A program made the position numbers and the translations under genes. Below, one piece after another: positions 46,989 through 57,443 of a stretch of 64,000 nucleotides of DNA (the first letter of the stretch is position 1; every line of letters starts with the position of its first letter). The notes under the pieces are model-generated. The model was not told the origin of the DNA. It ran no database searches and saw only the letters and a list, made by a program, of their open reading frames with translations. Origin of the DNA: an uncultured Gammaproteobacteria bacterium (lineage in GTDB: Bacteria; Patescibacteriota; Microgenomatia; JALYQM01); assembly GCA_964535655.1 (NCBI GenBank), contig CAZHTP010000004.1, positions 139,108 to 203,107 of the forward strand, read 5' to 3'.

Positions 46989-49334
46989 TTATAAATTGGA
47001 CCTTCGCTGCATATCCACTTCGATGGTTTGGCGTTCTTGACCAAACTTAAGACGAGATAATTCCTTAATCATCTCTGCAAGTTCTGGGCTCATCAAGGCT
47101 TTTTCGACAGAAATGTCTTTTGTAGTATCAAGAGAAAACGCTGGTGTTGGTTCACCATTTACTAATGTTTTTACGTAGGCGTTAAAGCGTTCAACATTGA
47201 TTAAATCCTGCTCGTTGAATGTTGGTTGGAATTCATGCTGTAGGTAATTAGCATCGGTTACGCCTACACGGAAAGAAACAATTGTACCAACGTTACCAAA
47301 GATCGCATTTTTAATATTTTCTTCCATTTGGCCAATAAATTGGTTGGCTACCACGAGGTTAAGTTTGAATTTACGAGCTTCGGAAAGAATGTCTGCAAAA
47401 GTAGACGTCGCAAAGTTTTGAAACTCGTCAACATATAGATAAAAGTCTGGAAAGGAAATATTTTTAGCGATGGCATCAGAGCGAGACATAGCCGCCACTA
47501 GAATGCGGGGTACGAGTACGAGTCCTAAAAAGTTAGAGTTTTCTTCACCAATTTCACCCTTGGCTAGATTAACCAGTAATATTTTCTTTTCATCCATGAT
47601 TTTGCGGAAGTCGAAAGCGGATTTATTTTGTCCAATAATGTTACGCATCATTTTGTTGGTTACGAATCGACCGAACTTAGAAACGATATAGTCGAGCACT
47701 TCGGATTTGTGGAAGTCTGACGTTTGGGCGATTTGGTCCGTCCAATAGCGGCGAACCATTGGATCTTCAACGTGTGGCAGAAGTTCCTGCATATATTTAG
47801 AATCGGTAAGTACGCGAACAACTTCAATAAATGTATTCCCCGGAACCGACATAACGGTAAGCATCGCGTTACGAATGGCGTGCTCGAATCGGGGACCGAT
47901 GATACCTGTTTGGTGCGGGTCGTATAGTTTGTACATCAATCCAATAATGGAGTTAACCATGAAATGTTTCTGCTCTTCGGTTTCGGCTTCAAGTAAATTA
48001 AGACCAAGAGGGAAATCCAAATCCGAAGGATTGAAGTAAATGACGTCTTCAGCTCGTTCGGGTGGAATGAGTTGCAAGATATCTGTTATAGCGGTTCCGT
48101 GAGGATCCATAAAACAAAGGCCTTTGCCATCGTTAATATCCTGCATTGCCATCTGTTTTAAAAATTCAGATTTACCCGTGCCGGTTTTACCAATAATATA
48201 CATGTGTCGACGACGATCGTCGTCGCCGATAAAAATTGGACGAGTAGTACCACGAAAGACGCTTTGTCCCAAATACAATCCTTTGGGGGGGATGTTGGCT
48301 GGTGCTGCGGCCCGTTTTGCATTGAGCCAGGTAATGTATGGTGTTTCGATCGCTTTATTTGGGAAGTGATAAATGGATGCTAACTCTTCCGAATTTAAAA
48401 TGCTTGATCGAACAAAGATTGGCGTATACCGATAAATGAAATTGGTAAGAAATACTTTTTTTGACCAGATCTTTTTTGTCTTGAACCCATTATATGCACC
48501 ATTAAACTGTTCAAACCCTGCTCGAATGTTGTTCAAATGTGTTTTTGCCATTTCCTTAGTTTCTGCACAAACAACAATGCGGATAGCTGTTTCAAATCCT
48601 GGCTTTGCAACTTTTTGTTCAACGGCTTCAAGTTGTTTGGCGTCGGCTGGCTTGGGTTTATCTCCAGATGATTCTTGAGAACGCTGACCCTTTACAAAAC
48701 CATACCCTTTTTTTGACCAGGCGCCACCTGCAGGCGAGATAATCATTTGAATTACCGCACCTTCGCCCTCGCGCATTTTAGCCATGGCAGATGTTAATGC
48801 AGAGAGTGGATCGGTAGCTAAATCTTTGTATGTTTTTATGGGTTGATAATTGGCTGATTTGAGTCGTAAGGAGACGAATTGTACTTTCCCAGATTTAGTG
48901 AAGATGTTGTATTCATTTACGATCTTAATTTCGGCGCCTGAATATGCGGCATGAATTTGCTTTTCAACTAAATCCTGAAGATCTTCCGGGACGTTAATAT
49001 AGAATTTGATAGATTCTGGCTGGGCAACAATTTCAAAACTTATTGACGGTTGATGCTTGAGCATGGGAATGAGTGCGGAACGATAAATTCCAGTGAATGA
49101 GCTAAACATTTGTTCGGCAGCATCAATTTTAACTTCGTTGTCGCGCGGAATCGTAATCTGTAACAGTCGTGACTTTAACGATTCTTCTTCCCGCTCTTTA
49201 TATACAGAGAATCGTATGATTAACGCTCCTGCTATGAGAAGTAGTCCACCTACAACTAAAATGGTTAGAATAATTGTAAGGACAATTAAACCTATAAACG
49301 GTAAGGAACTCGATAAATCTGATGTAAGGAACAT
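46989..49334 (-). CDS. membrane-anchored P-loop NTPase of the TraG/TraD/VirD4 (type IV coupling protein)-like family
   Basis: N-terminal TM helices; Walker A IIGKTGTGKSEF; Walker B LYVDEFQNF; LVVANQ; a TraG-D_C-like C-terminal region; 781 aa. Confidence 0.5.
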   Translation of the reverse strand: MFLTSDLSSSLPFIGLIVLTIILTILVVGGLLLIAGALIIRFSVYKEREEESLKSRLLQITIPRDNEVKIDAAEQMFSSFTGIYRSALIPMLKHQPSISFEIVAQPESIKFYINVPEDLQDLVEKQIHAAYSGAEIKIVNEYNIFTKSGKVQFVSLRLKSANYQPIKTYKDLATDPLSALTSAMAKMREGEGAVIQMIISPAGGAWSKKGYGFVKGQRSQESSGDKPKPADAKQLEAVEQKVAKPGFETAIRIVVCAETKEMAKTHLNNIRAGFEQFNGAYNGFKTKKIWSKKVFLTNFIYRYTPIFVRSSILNSEELASIYHFPNKAIETPYITWLNAKRAAAPANIPPKGLYLGQSVFRGTTRPIFIGDDDRRRHMYIIGKTGTGKSEFLKQMAMQDINDGKGLCFMDPHGTAITDILQLIPPERAEDVIYFNPSDLDFPLGLNLLEAETEEQKHFMVNSIIGLMYKLYDPHQTGIIGPRFEHAIRNAMLTVMSVPGNTFIEVVRVLTDSKYMQELLPHVEDPMVRRYWTDQIAQTSDFHKSEVLDYIVSKFGRFVTNKMMRNIIGQNKSAFDFRKIMDEKKILLVNLAKGEIGEENSNFLGLVLVPRILVAAMSRSDAIAKNISFPDFYLYVDEFQNFATSTFADILSEARKFKLNLVVANQFIGQMEENIKNAIFGNVGTIVSFRVGVTDANYLQHEFQPTFNEQDLINVERFNAYVKTLVNGEPTPAFSLDTTKDISVEKALMSPELAEMIKELSRLKFGQERQTIEVDMQRRSNL

Positions 49335-49351
49335 ACTATTACTGTACCAAA

Positions 49352-49765
49352 TTATTGCTTATTTTTAAATTGAATTTCTTTTAGTTGCCTTAAGCACCAT
49401 TCGGCAAGCCAACGAATTGCGATATATACATCCGTTTTCATTTCCTTTTCAATTTCCAACTCTTGGAGTGGTAAGGAGGGCATATTTACCGGTTGGATAT
49501 TCATTTGGGGAGTAGTTACTGGTGTTAGAGGAATCTGTGGTGGTGGAACAAATTTAATGTTTGTAGGTTGCATATGCTGCTGCATTTCTATATTAAGTTC
49601 TGGCTCAACATATTCCTGAATGGGTGAATATTCACTAGGATTGGTTGTGAAGGCTTCCGTTTCTAAGCCAGGACCTTTCATAGGTGGCTGAGTAGTATGA
49701 GGTGGAGCAGTAATGGGCTGGTAATGTTGAACAAAATAATTAACTTTTTTATCTGGCATATGCAA
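49352..49765 (-). CDS. hypothetical Pro-rich protein
   Basis: ORF between the T4CP-like gene and the lipoprotein, same strand. Confidence 0.3.
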   Translation of the reverse strand: MHMPDKKVNYFVQHYQPITAPPHTTQPPMKGPGLETEAFTTNPSEYSPIQEYVEPELNIEMQQHMQPTNIKFVPPPQIPLTPVTTPQMNIQPVNMPSLPLQELEIEKEMKTDVYIAIRWLAEWCLRQLKEIQFKNKQ

Positions 49766-49808
49766 GACAATTGTCTCATGTTCTGCCGCTGGTGTCTATT
49801 ATATGGCC

Positions 49809-50744
49809 TTATTTATTTACTTTAACGTATTTGCTGGCAACATATCCTTTGGTACCATCACTCAGTACAATTTGGGTCCAACCTGAATCTAGTTGCTCAA
49901 TATAGGGATATGATTCTCCCGTATTAACCTTAGCTACTTCTTCACCATCGGTACCAGGTTTACTACGTACTCGTAGCCAGCCAGTTGGAGTTGAGAGTAT
50001 AGTTACTGTTTTTTCGCCAATTGTTGCGCTTGCTGACGCAGTGGTTGAAGCTGAGGCTTTAGGAGTAGCGGTTGGTTTAAGTGTCGGTGTTGCCTTTGGT
50101 GTCGTAGTGGCTTTGCCAGTGCTTGAAGGTGTTGCCGCGCTGGACGCTGTTGGTGAAGGCTCTGGTGAGATGAGTATGTCACTCTTTAATTGTGCCTCTA
50201 CTACGATTTTATAGCCATCAAACGCTTTTACTTTGACCTTTCGGGACTGATATCCTTCCTTGCTTAATTCTATTTCATGGATTCCTGTAGAAACAGAAGG
50301 GATAAGATAGGGTGAATTGCCTTGCTTTTGGCCGTCTAAACTGATTTCAACCTGTAATGGCGTTGTAACGATTGTTATTCCTTTACCTTTTTCTAAACTT
50401 ACATTTTCTCCTGCTTGTTCGTCGGGACTTTTAGCAAGTTCACGGTTGATATGGAAAATGGTGTTTTCGTTGATGCGGATTTTGCCTGAATTCCAGGTGC
50501 CTTGATCTGATTCTAATTTAATACTGTATTCTCCGGCAGTCATTTTCGAGTTTTGATATGGTGTTGAGCCCATTTCTTTGTCGTTAACAAAAACTTTAGC
50601 AGCAGATGCAGATTTTACTTCAATGCCTGCATTAGCTCTATTGGTGGTACATCCTGCAAGCAAGATAGAAATCCCAGCAATAAGAAGTATTTTTTTATTC
50701 ATAAGGTATGTGCCTATTCTATTTTTTTTAGTTAGATTATGCAA
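49809..50744 (-). CDS. lipoprotein with PEGA-like domains, Pro/Thr/Ala-rich linker and C-terminal bacterial SH3 (SH3b) domain
   Basis: Lipobox LLAGC; PEGA-like VFVNDKEMGSTPY; C-terminus GWLRVRSKPG...GYVASKYV. Confidence 0.55.
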   Translation of the reverse strand: MHNLTKKNRIGTYLMNKKILLIAGISILLAGCTTNRANAGIEVKSASAAKVFVNDKEMGSTPYQNSKMTAGEYSIKLESDQGTWNSGKIRINENTIFHINRELAKSPDEQAGENVSLEKGKGITIVTTPLQVEISLDGQKQGNSPYLIPSVSTGIHEIELSKEGYQSRKVKVKAFDGYKIVVEAQLKSDILISPEPSPTASSAATPSSTGKATTTPKATPTLKPTATPKASASTTASASATIGEKTVTILSTPTGWLRVRSKPGTDGEEVAKVNTGESYPYIEQLDSGWTQIVLSDGTKGYVASKYVKVNK

Positions 50745-50803
50745 GAGAAGAAAGATTTTGCCCTTGACGGCTTTCTCAGTGAGCTTTTATAATCAACCCA
50801 CTT

Positions 50804-51325
50804 ATGCTTTATAATGATCAGAATTATAGTGGTGGTAACGGAAACGGGCAACAGCCGGGTTATGTTCCGCCCCAACAACCTCAAGCTTATTATCCACCGC
50901 AGCACCCTGTCCAGCCACCCGTTCATTCTGGGTATGGTGCTCAAAACGCGACGCCTGTTCAGCCAGTGCAGCCCTTTTATCCGGATGTTTCTAAGCCTAA
51001 GGTTTCAGATAAAATTCCTGATAGAAAAAGCGTTGCTACCAAAATGATTGAGTTAGTTTACCTATTACTGATAATTCTTGAATCTATACTTGCTCTTCGA
51101 TTTATTTTTAAGTTGCTTGGAGCCAGCGAAGATAACGTCTTTATTACCTTCCTTTATTCTATGACAGCAGTGTTTGTCGTTCCATTCCAAGGACTGTTTG
51201 GATCATCATTGCAGAACTCCATTAGAGTTTCGTTGTACGATTTAGAATTCACTACACTTGTTGCAATGGGTGTATATGCATTACTTGCATATATTGTAGT
51301 TCGAATTATAGATATTTTTAGATAA
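50804..51325 (+). CDS. YggT-family integral membrane protein with Pro/Gln-rich N-terminus (tentative)
   Basis: Two TM helices with a YggT-like pattern (LLIILESILALRFIFKLLG). Confidence 0.4.
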   Translation: MLYNDQNYSGGNGNGQQPGYVPPQQPQAYYPPQHPVQPPVHSGYGAQNATPVQPVQPFYPDVSKPKVSDKIPDRKSVATKMIELVYLLLIILESILALRFIFKLLGASEDNVFITFLYSMTAVFVVPFQGLFGSSLQNSIRVSLYDLEFTTLVAMGVYALLAYIVVRIIDIFR

Positions 51326-51340
51326 TCTATTTTAAATTTA

Positions 51341-51377
51341 TACAAGAAAACTTCGCATTAAGCGGAGTTTTCTTGTA
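51341..51377. terminator. long stem-loop (about 16 bp) bidirectional terminator between convergent genes
   Basis: tacaagaaaacttcgc-atta-gcggagttttcttgta, flanked by A/T-rich runs. Confidence 0.55.
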
Positions 51378-51389
51378 TAAGCTGTATCT

Positions 51390-52433
51390 TTATTCACCAA
51401 AATAGATACCAATTGATTTAGCTGTTTTTATTAATTCGTGGTTTTTTGGTACAAATCTTGTTTCAGAGGAGGCTTTTTCTAAGGGAAGGGGAGTTAGGGT
51501 ATCATTCTGGATTGAAACGTAGAAGGAATGCTTTCCGTTTAAAAGTAGTGAAGCGGCTTTTTCGCCAAGTCGAGTCCCGAGAATTTTATCGAAAGTGGTT
51601 GGCTCTCCACCCCTTTGAATATATCCAAGTACAGAGAGTCGAGCTTCAAGGCTTGTAACTTCTTCAATTTTTTTTGTTAAGTTTGCTCCAGTAAGTGGAT
51701 GCATCGTTGGCTCGCCAATTGGATGGGCTCCCTCTGCAACAACAATTATAATTGCTTTATATTCGGTTCTTTCATTGAGATATTTAACCAAGTTTTCAAT
51801 ATCATACGGAATTTCAGGAATAAGAATACAATCTGCAGCTCCGGCAATTCCCGACTCAAGAGCAATCCATCCAGCATCACGTCCCATTACTTCAATAACC
51901 ATCGCGCGATGATGTGACCTTGCGGAATCATGAATTTTACCAATAGCTTCGGTAGCTGTGGTGATCGCGGTATTGAAACCCAATGTTATTTCGGTATTGG
52001 AAAGGTCGTTATCGATGGTTTTGGGAATACCGATGATATTTATCCCAGTTTGTTGTCCGATCCAATAGGCAATGCGTAAGGAGCCATCACCACCTGAAAC
52101 AATAAGGCCATCAAGTTTTAGTTTCTCTTTTGTCGCTTTAATTTTTTCAATAGTTGCTAACGCTTTTTCTGATGGCGCTTTGAGTAGTCCAACTTCACCA
52201 AAATCTCCCTTGTTGGATGTTCCAAGAATTGTTCCTCCTGTGCGTTCGATGTTTTCGACATCACGAAGTTCTAGTTCAGTATATCCGTCAGGCACATATA
52301 GACCCGGAAATCCATCATGAAATCCATAAACCTTATTTTGAGGATTGTTATTTTTTACGGTGAGCACGACAGCCCGTATAACTGCGTTTAAGCCTGGGCA
52401 GTCGCCCCCGGCGGTTAATATACCTATGTTCAT
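51390..52433 (-). CDS. pfkA: 6-phosphofructokinase
   Basis: GGDCPGLNAVIR; GGDGS; PFK fold; 347 aa. Confidence 0.9.
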   Translation of the reverse strand: MNIGILTAGGDCPGLNAVIRAVVLTVKNNNPQNKVYGFHDGFPGLYVPDGYTELELRDVENIERTGGTILGTSNKGDFGEVGLLKAPSEKALATIEKIKATKEKLKLDGLIVSGGDGSLRIAYWIGQQTGINIIGIPKTIDNDLSNTEITLGFNTAITTATEAIGKIHDSARSHHRAMVIEVMGRDAGWIALESGIAGAADCILIPEIPYDIENLVKYLNERTEYKAIIIVVAEGAHPIGEPTMHPLTGANLTKKIEEVTSLEARLSVLGYIQRGGEPTTFDKILGTRLGEKAASLLLNGKHSFYVSIQNDTLTPLPLEKASSETRFVPKNHELIKTAKSIGIYFGE

Positions 52434-52492
52434 ATTCCCTTATTCTATTCCGGTAACTTTTATGCGTAAAGAGGGTATGTTACAATCATTTT

Positions 52493-53209
52493 ATGGTTGG
52501 TGAAATGCATTGTCATACGCGTTTATCCCGAGCGAAATGGGTTCATCGTGAGTTACCTACTCCTTTTGAACTTATTGATCATGCACTGGCTGCGGGTTTA
52601 GATTTTATCGCTATTACCGATCATGATTCGCAAGAAGCGTATCCAATGGTAGCTGCGTATGCTAAAGAAAAAGGAATTGTACTTATTCCTAGTGTTGAAG
52701 TAACGACGCGTTCTAATCGATTGTCTCGACGTCGCACCCATATTTTAGCGTATGGAGTAGAGAAAAAGATTCCGTCGCGAAGATCTGTTAAAGAGACTAT
52801 TGCAGCGATTCATGCGCAGGGTGGTATTGCGGCTGTTGCTCACCCTTTTTGTAGTAGGTATGGTAAGGTTCTTTATATAGGTCACCAGGTGGGTGATTAT
52901 TCTTTTGATGCAGTTGAGGTATTTAATAGTGATGAACTTCCTTTGGATAATATGCGGGCTCAAGCGTTGGCTTTGGTTTTGGATTTGCCGGGTATAGGGG
53001 GAAGTGATGCACATTGTTTAGAAAATATTGGTAACACGTGTGTATCTGTTGATATTCCAAAGACTGATGACTGGCGAGATATTTTGCAGGCCATTAAAGA
53101 GAGAAAGCATTCAGTGGTGAATAAGCAATATAATTTGGCGGAATTGCGCCAAAGTACGGTAAAGCTTCTTAAAAATACGTTTATTCCGATTCATTTGCAT
53201 AAGGACTAA
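52493..53209 (+). CDS. PHP-domain metal-dependent phosphoesterase
   Basis: HCHT at the N-terminus; ITDHD; conserved His/Asp ladder. Confidence 0.7.
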   Translation: MVGEMHCHTRLSRAKWVHRELPTPFELIDHALAAGLDFIAITDHDSQEAYPMVAAYAKEKGIVLIPSVEVTTRSNRLSRRRTHILAYGVEKKIPSRRSVKETIAAIHAQGGIAAVAHPFCSRYGKVLYIGHQVGDYSFDAVEVFNSDELPLDNMRAQALALVLDLPGIGGSDAHCLENIGNTCVSVDIPKTDDWRDILQAIKERKHSVVNKQYNLAELRQSTVKLLKNTFIPIHLHKD

Positions 53210-53415
53210 AATAATTCTCTTTATATTACTCGTAAGACTTATTCTTTGCTGCGGAAGCAGAGGTTGCCTACCTTAACCTTATTTTTTGGTCGCTTATTGA
53301 GTACTTTGCTCCCTCCAGCTAAATGTCCTCGCTGCAGAATAAGTCATTACTTCGTAATCTTTAGGCAGTAAATTCTTCTCTTGACCAATTTATTAGATGC
53401 GCTAGTATTGCTCTT

Positions 53416-54144
53416 ATGGCTGACGATTTTATCGAAAAAGTTTTGCTTATAGATGATGAAGAAGTTCCGTATCGACTTGAGCGAAGTGCTCGTTCGTCGC
53501 GGATGAGAATTGTTGCAGAGACAATTGCCGGTATCCGGTTGTTATTGCCGATTCGGGCGAGCGAGCGGGATGGTGAGCGGTTTTTGGAAAGTAATGCAGA
53601 GTGGGTATACGCAGAATGGAAACGGATTGCCAAAGCACGGGAGAAGCAGAGTCATTTATTTGAGCCATTTCTTGAAAAAAATTCGATTGTGTATCTTGGT
53701 AAAAAATACCAGTTAGTTATTGATGTTGGGAAGCGGGTGTTACCGCCAGTTGTGGTTGAAGATGATGTGATAGTTGTGCAGTGTGTTAAAGCGGAGTTGG
53801 CGGAGAAGATTCTTGAACGCTGGTATCGTCAACAGGCAAAAGCTGTGATAAGTGGTTCGCTTGAGTTTTACCGTGCCAAAATGAATTTGCAATACAACGA
53901 ATTAACAATTAAGGATCAGAAAACTCGCTGGGGGAGTTGCTCTTCGCAAGGAAATTTGAATTTTAGCTGGAGATTGATATTAGCCCCTAAGGATGTTTTG
54001 GATTATGTAGTGGTGCATGAACTTGCTCATTTGGTAGAAATGAATCACTCTAGCCGGTTCTGGCATGTTGTTGAGACGCATTTTGCGGATCATAAGAAGC
54101 AGGTCAAATGGTTGCGGGAAAATGGGGTTGGACTACGAATATGA
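53416..54144 (+). CDS. YgjP/DUF45-family zinc metallohydrolase (SprT/WLM-like)
   Basis: C-terminal HELAHLVEMNHS (HExxH...H) is typical of DUF45. Confidence 0.7.
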   Translation: MADDFIEKVLLIDDEEVPYRLERSARSSRMRIVAETIAGIRLLLPIRASERDGERFLESNAEWVYAEWKRIAKAREKQSHLFEPFLEKNSIVYLGKKYQLVIDVGKRVLPPVVVEDDVIVVQCVKAELAEKILERWYRQQAKAVISGSLEFYRAKMNLQYNELTIKDQKTRWGSCSSQGNLNFSWRLILAPKDVLDYVVVHELAHLVEMNHSSRFWHVVETHFADHKKQVKWLRENGVGLRI

Positions 54145-54156
54145 TAAAATGGATGT

Positions 54157-55107
54157 ATGTTTATAGATACGCATTGTCATTTAGATTGGGATAGTTACCA
54201 AGAGGATTTTGACGCTTTAATGCAGAAAAATCGTGAATCCGGCATAGCTAAGATTGTTACAATCGGAGTAGATGAAGCTTCTAATGAGCGGACTCGATCT
54301 ATTGTTGCTAAGAATCCTGATGTTTTTCGCTGTGTTGGTTATCATCCGGAAATTGTTACTCAACCTGGATTTAATCAGGAAGAGATTAACCGGCTGATGA
54401 AGAAATTGGATGATGAATTGTTAATCAAAAAAACGGTAGGAATAGGTGAATGTGGTTTAGATTACTTCGCTTTTGTCCGTCCTGAGAATGAATCTCCTCG
54501 AACCCAGCGAGAGATCAAGCATTTAAAAGAGTTGCAAATTGATCTTTTTGAAAGACAAGTATTATTCGCCGTTCAGCGCGGATTACCTCTTTCGTTACAT
54601 GTTCGCGATGAAGCGGGCCCTGAAGCTTATTTAGATGTATTGGCTACGTTAAGTGAATACTTTGGTGAAGGGCGAGGATTTTTAGAGCAGGAACTGGCTT
54701 TTTCGATTGCTTCACTGGAAAAAAATTATTTTGAAGGTAGTTCGGAATTCGTCTCTGTTGCAGCAAACGCTAAAAAGGAAAAAGTTGTTGGGGTTTTGCA
54801 TTGCGTAAGCGGCCCGCTTGAGTATATAGAAGCCTGTTTAGAGATGGGATTTATGGTTTCTTTTGCAGGGAATGTTACGTATAAAAATGCAACTCATATA
54901 CAGGAAATTGCTAAAATTGTCCCGCTAGAAAAAATTGTGCTTGAGACCGATGGACCATTTCTTTCTCCTATACCGTATAGAGGAAAGCGAAATGAAAGTA
55001 ATTATATGATTGAAACTGCCAAGAAAATTGCTGAGATTAAAAATGTGTCAGTTGAAGAAGTTGCCCGACAATCAACGGAGAATGCTCAGTTACTTTTCAG
55101 TCTTTAA
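54157..55107 (+). CDS. tatD: TatD-family metal-dependent DNase/hydrolase
   Basis: MFIDTHCHLD start; TIM-barrel His/Glu/Asp pattern. Confidence 0.85.
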   Translation: MFIDTHCHLDWDSYQEDFDALMQKNRESGIAKIVTIGVDEASNERTRSIVAKNPDVFRCVGYHPEIVTQPGFNQEEINRLMKKLDDELLIKKTVGIGECGLDYFAFVRPENESPRTQREIKHLKELQIDLFERQVLFAVQRGLPLSLHVRDEAGPEAYLDVLATLSEYFGEGRGFLEQELAFSIASLEKNYFEGSSEFVSVAANAKKEKVVGVLHCVSGPLEYIEACLEMGFMVSFAGNVTYKNATHIQEIAKIVPLEKIVLETDGPFLSPIPYRGKRNESNYMIETAKKIAEIKNVSVEEVARQSTENAQLLFSL

Positions 55108-55169
55108 TTCTACTATTAATACTGTTATATTTTGCCTAGCATTATTTTTAACTCGTTAAAGGAGCTCAT

Positions 55170-55466
55170 ATGGTTGTATCAATAGAAGCCCGTAATTTTG
55201 AACTCACTGATGCCATCAAGTCACGTGTTGAGAAAATGATACTGAGTCCATTAAAAGTACACGAAGAACATATTACCAAAGTTACAACGATACTTGACTA
55301 TCTGCATCATCGTAAGGGGGGGCAGCCCAACGCGGATGTTCGCATCGTTGTTGAAATTCGAGGTCCGGATTTAGTTGCCAAAAATGAACATGATGATTTA
55401 TATGAAGCAGTGGATGGTGCGCTTGATAAAATCGTTGATCAGATTCAAAAGCGCAGAGAAAAATAA
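55170..55466 (+). CDS. hpf: ribosome hibernation promoting factor / RaiA (YfiA family)
   Basis: IEARNFELTDAIKSRVEKM... is the YfiA/HPF signature region; 98 aa. Confidence 0.8.
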   Translation: MVVSIEARNFELTDAIKSRVEKMILSPLKVHEEHITKVTTILDYLHHRKGGQPNADVRIVVEIRGPDLVAKNEHDDLYEAVDGALDKIVDQIQKRREK

Positions 55467-55542
55467 TCTTAATTTTAGGAAATTTAATTAATTCGACGAA
55501 GTGTTGGTGATGCTATTGGTGGGCTGATCTGTTACACTTTAC

Positions 55543-56508
55543 TTGATGAGGAAACTGCTTGTAATTGTCTGGAGTCTTTGTTTTTTGCTGGTAAGTTATT
55601 GTGTTGGAATTAGTTTTTTCTTGGGTGGAGTTTCAGCTTTTGCCGAATATGTTGCTCTTTTCCCTCAAGTCGCTTATTTTGTCTTTTATATTGTTCTCTT
55701 GATTTCAGGGTACTACTTATTTGAAAAAAAAATGTGTGTACCTTTAGTTTTTCCCGTACTTGGCTTATTGGTTGCAACAATCTGGATTTCTGATATATCC
55801 TTATTGTACTTTCCATCTTACACTCAATTTGACTCTGCTCATTTAATAAAAGTTGTGAATTGGAATACCCGTGTATGGGATATTTCTCGAGAAGAGTCAT
55901 TCTACTTGGAAATGAAGAAAGTAAATGCAGATGTTTATCTTTTGCAAGAAGTGGTGAAAGCAAAAAATCCAGGGTTAAGTAGTCGACTTCATCTTACATT
56001 TCCCGAGTATTCAATTTCGCATGATGGCGAATTTTTAACACTTTCCCGGTTCCCTATAATCTATAATACTTTTTCTTCTTCAAAAGGGTATTCACGCCAT
56101 GATGTTTATCTCAACAACCACTTAGTCTCCTTTTATAACGTTCATATTCGTGTTCCTATATATGGAGACACTGTCGAGAAAAATAATTTGTATGATTTTA
56201 GGCTGCGTCGAGATCAGTTTGAAGATTTAAGTCGGGATTTATATGGAAACACAAATAGTATCTTTTTAGGAGGAGATTTTAACTCGACGCGCAATTATTC
56301 GCCTATTCGATTACTTGAACGTCAATTTAAGCTTAATCAGCCGAGTGGAGTACTTTTGTTTCCTAAAACGTATAGCACTACCTTGCCGGCAATTCGGATA
56401 GATTATCAGTTTACCTCAATGAAAAATGTATTTGTTAAATACAATACTTTTGGTGGTACAATAAGTGATCACTTTGGAATATATGGAGAGTTTTATGATA
56501 ACTATTGA
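55543..56508 (+). CDS. membrane-anchored endonuclease/exonuclease/phosphatase (EEP) family protein
   Basis: TM helices, then an EEP domain (LLQEV, GGDFNST, SDHFGIY). Confidence 0.6.
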   Translation: MMRKLLVIVWSLCFLLVSYCVGISFFLGGVSAFAEYVALFPQVAYFVFYIVLLISGYYLFEKKMCVPLVFPVLGLLVATIWISDISLLYFPSYTQFDSAHLIKVVNWNTRVWDISREESFYLEMKKVNADVYLLQEVVKAKNPGLSSRLHLTFPEYSISHDGEFLTLSRFPIIYNTFSSSKGYSRHDVYLNNHLVSFYNVHIRVPIYGDTVEKNNLYDFRLRRDQFEDLSRDLYGNTNSIFLGGDFNSTRNYSPIRLLERQFKLNQPSGVLLFPKTYSTTLPAIRIDYQFTSMKNVFVKYNTFGGTISDHFGIYGEFYDNY

Positions 56509-57385
56509 TTTACCGTATCCAACGCATTGGAAAGAATATGCGTTGCTTGATACCGGAGACGGTGAGCGACTGGAGCGCTTTGGCAAATATGTTTTTCGCC
56601 GTCCAGACCCTCAAATACTGTGGAAAAAATCTCTTTCAGAGTCAAACTGGGACCGTGCTCATGGGCAGTATATCCGCATGTTTGAGGATAAAGGAGAGTG
56701 GAAATTTGCTACGACAATTCCTGATCGGTGGTTAGTACACTATGACGATTTCCAATTATGGGTTGAGCCAACTCCATTTAAGCATTTGGGTGTTTTTCCG
56801 GAGCAGGCTACACACTGGGATTGGATGCGAAAAATAATACAGGATGCCCAGATGAAGCCAGGTGAGAAACCACAAATCCTGAACTTATTTGGCTATACTG
56901 GGGGTTCGAGTATCGCTTGTGCTAAAGCTGGTGCGTTTATAACACATGTTGATGCTTCCAGATCATCTATTGCGTGGGCTAAAGAGAACCAGAAGGTAAG
57001 TGGCCTTCCTGAAGATTCGATTCGATGGATACTTGATGATGTTTTAGCATTTGTTCGACGTGAAGTTCGTCGAGGTAAAAAGTACGATGCAATTCTTATG
57101 GATCCGCCTAGTTTTGGACATGGCGCAAAAGGTGAAGTATGGAAATTTCATACTCATTTTCCGTTATTGCTTGAAGAATGCGCAGCACTTTTATCAGATA
57201 CGCCGCTTTTTGTCGTGATAAATGCCTATGCTGTCAGTGTTTCTTCGTTACTATTATTTACGATGCTAGATGAAACATTTACCAAACGCCCAGGTGAATC
57301 AAGCTGTGGAGAGTTACTCCTCAAACAAGAAAATTCATCACGACTTCTTTCTACCGGAATTTTTGGTCGGCGCTCTTTCAGGTAA
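56465..57385 (+). CDS. class I SAM-dependent rRNA methyltransferase, RlmI/RlmK-like
   Basis: Motif IV MDPPSFG; glycine-rich LFGYTGGSS; the start is likely the ATG at about 56498. Confidence 0.6.
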   Translation: MITLEYMESFMITIDLPYPTHWKEYALLDTGDGERLERFGKYVFRRPDPQILWKKSLSESNWDRAHGQYIRMFEDKGEWKFATTIPDRWLVHYDDFQLWVEPTPFKHLGVFPEQATHWDWMRKIIQDAQMKPGEKPQILNLFGYTGGSSIACAKAGAFITHVDASRSSIAWAKENQKVSGLPEDSIRWILDDVLAFVRREVRRGKKYDAILMDPPSFGHGAKGEVWKFHTHFPLLLEECAALLSDTPLFVVINAYAVSVSSLLLFTMLDETFTKRPGESSCGELLLKQENSSRLLSTGIFGRRSFR

Positions 57386-57443
57386 TCTCAAATTTTGATA
57401 TAGTGTAGCTTGTTACCGTATTGTTTATAGGAGACTTTGCTGT

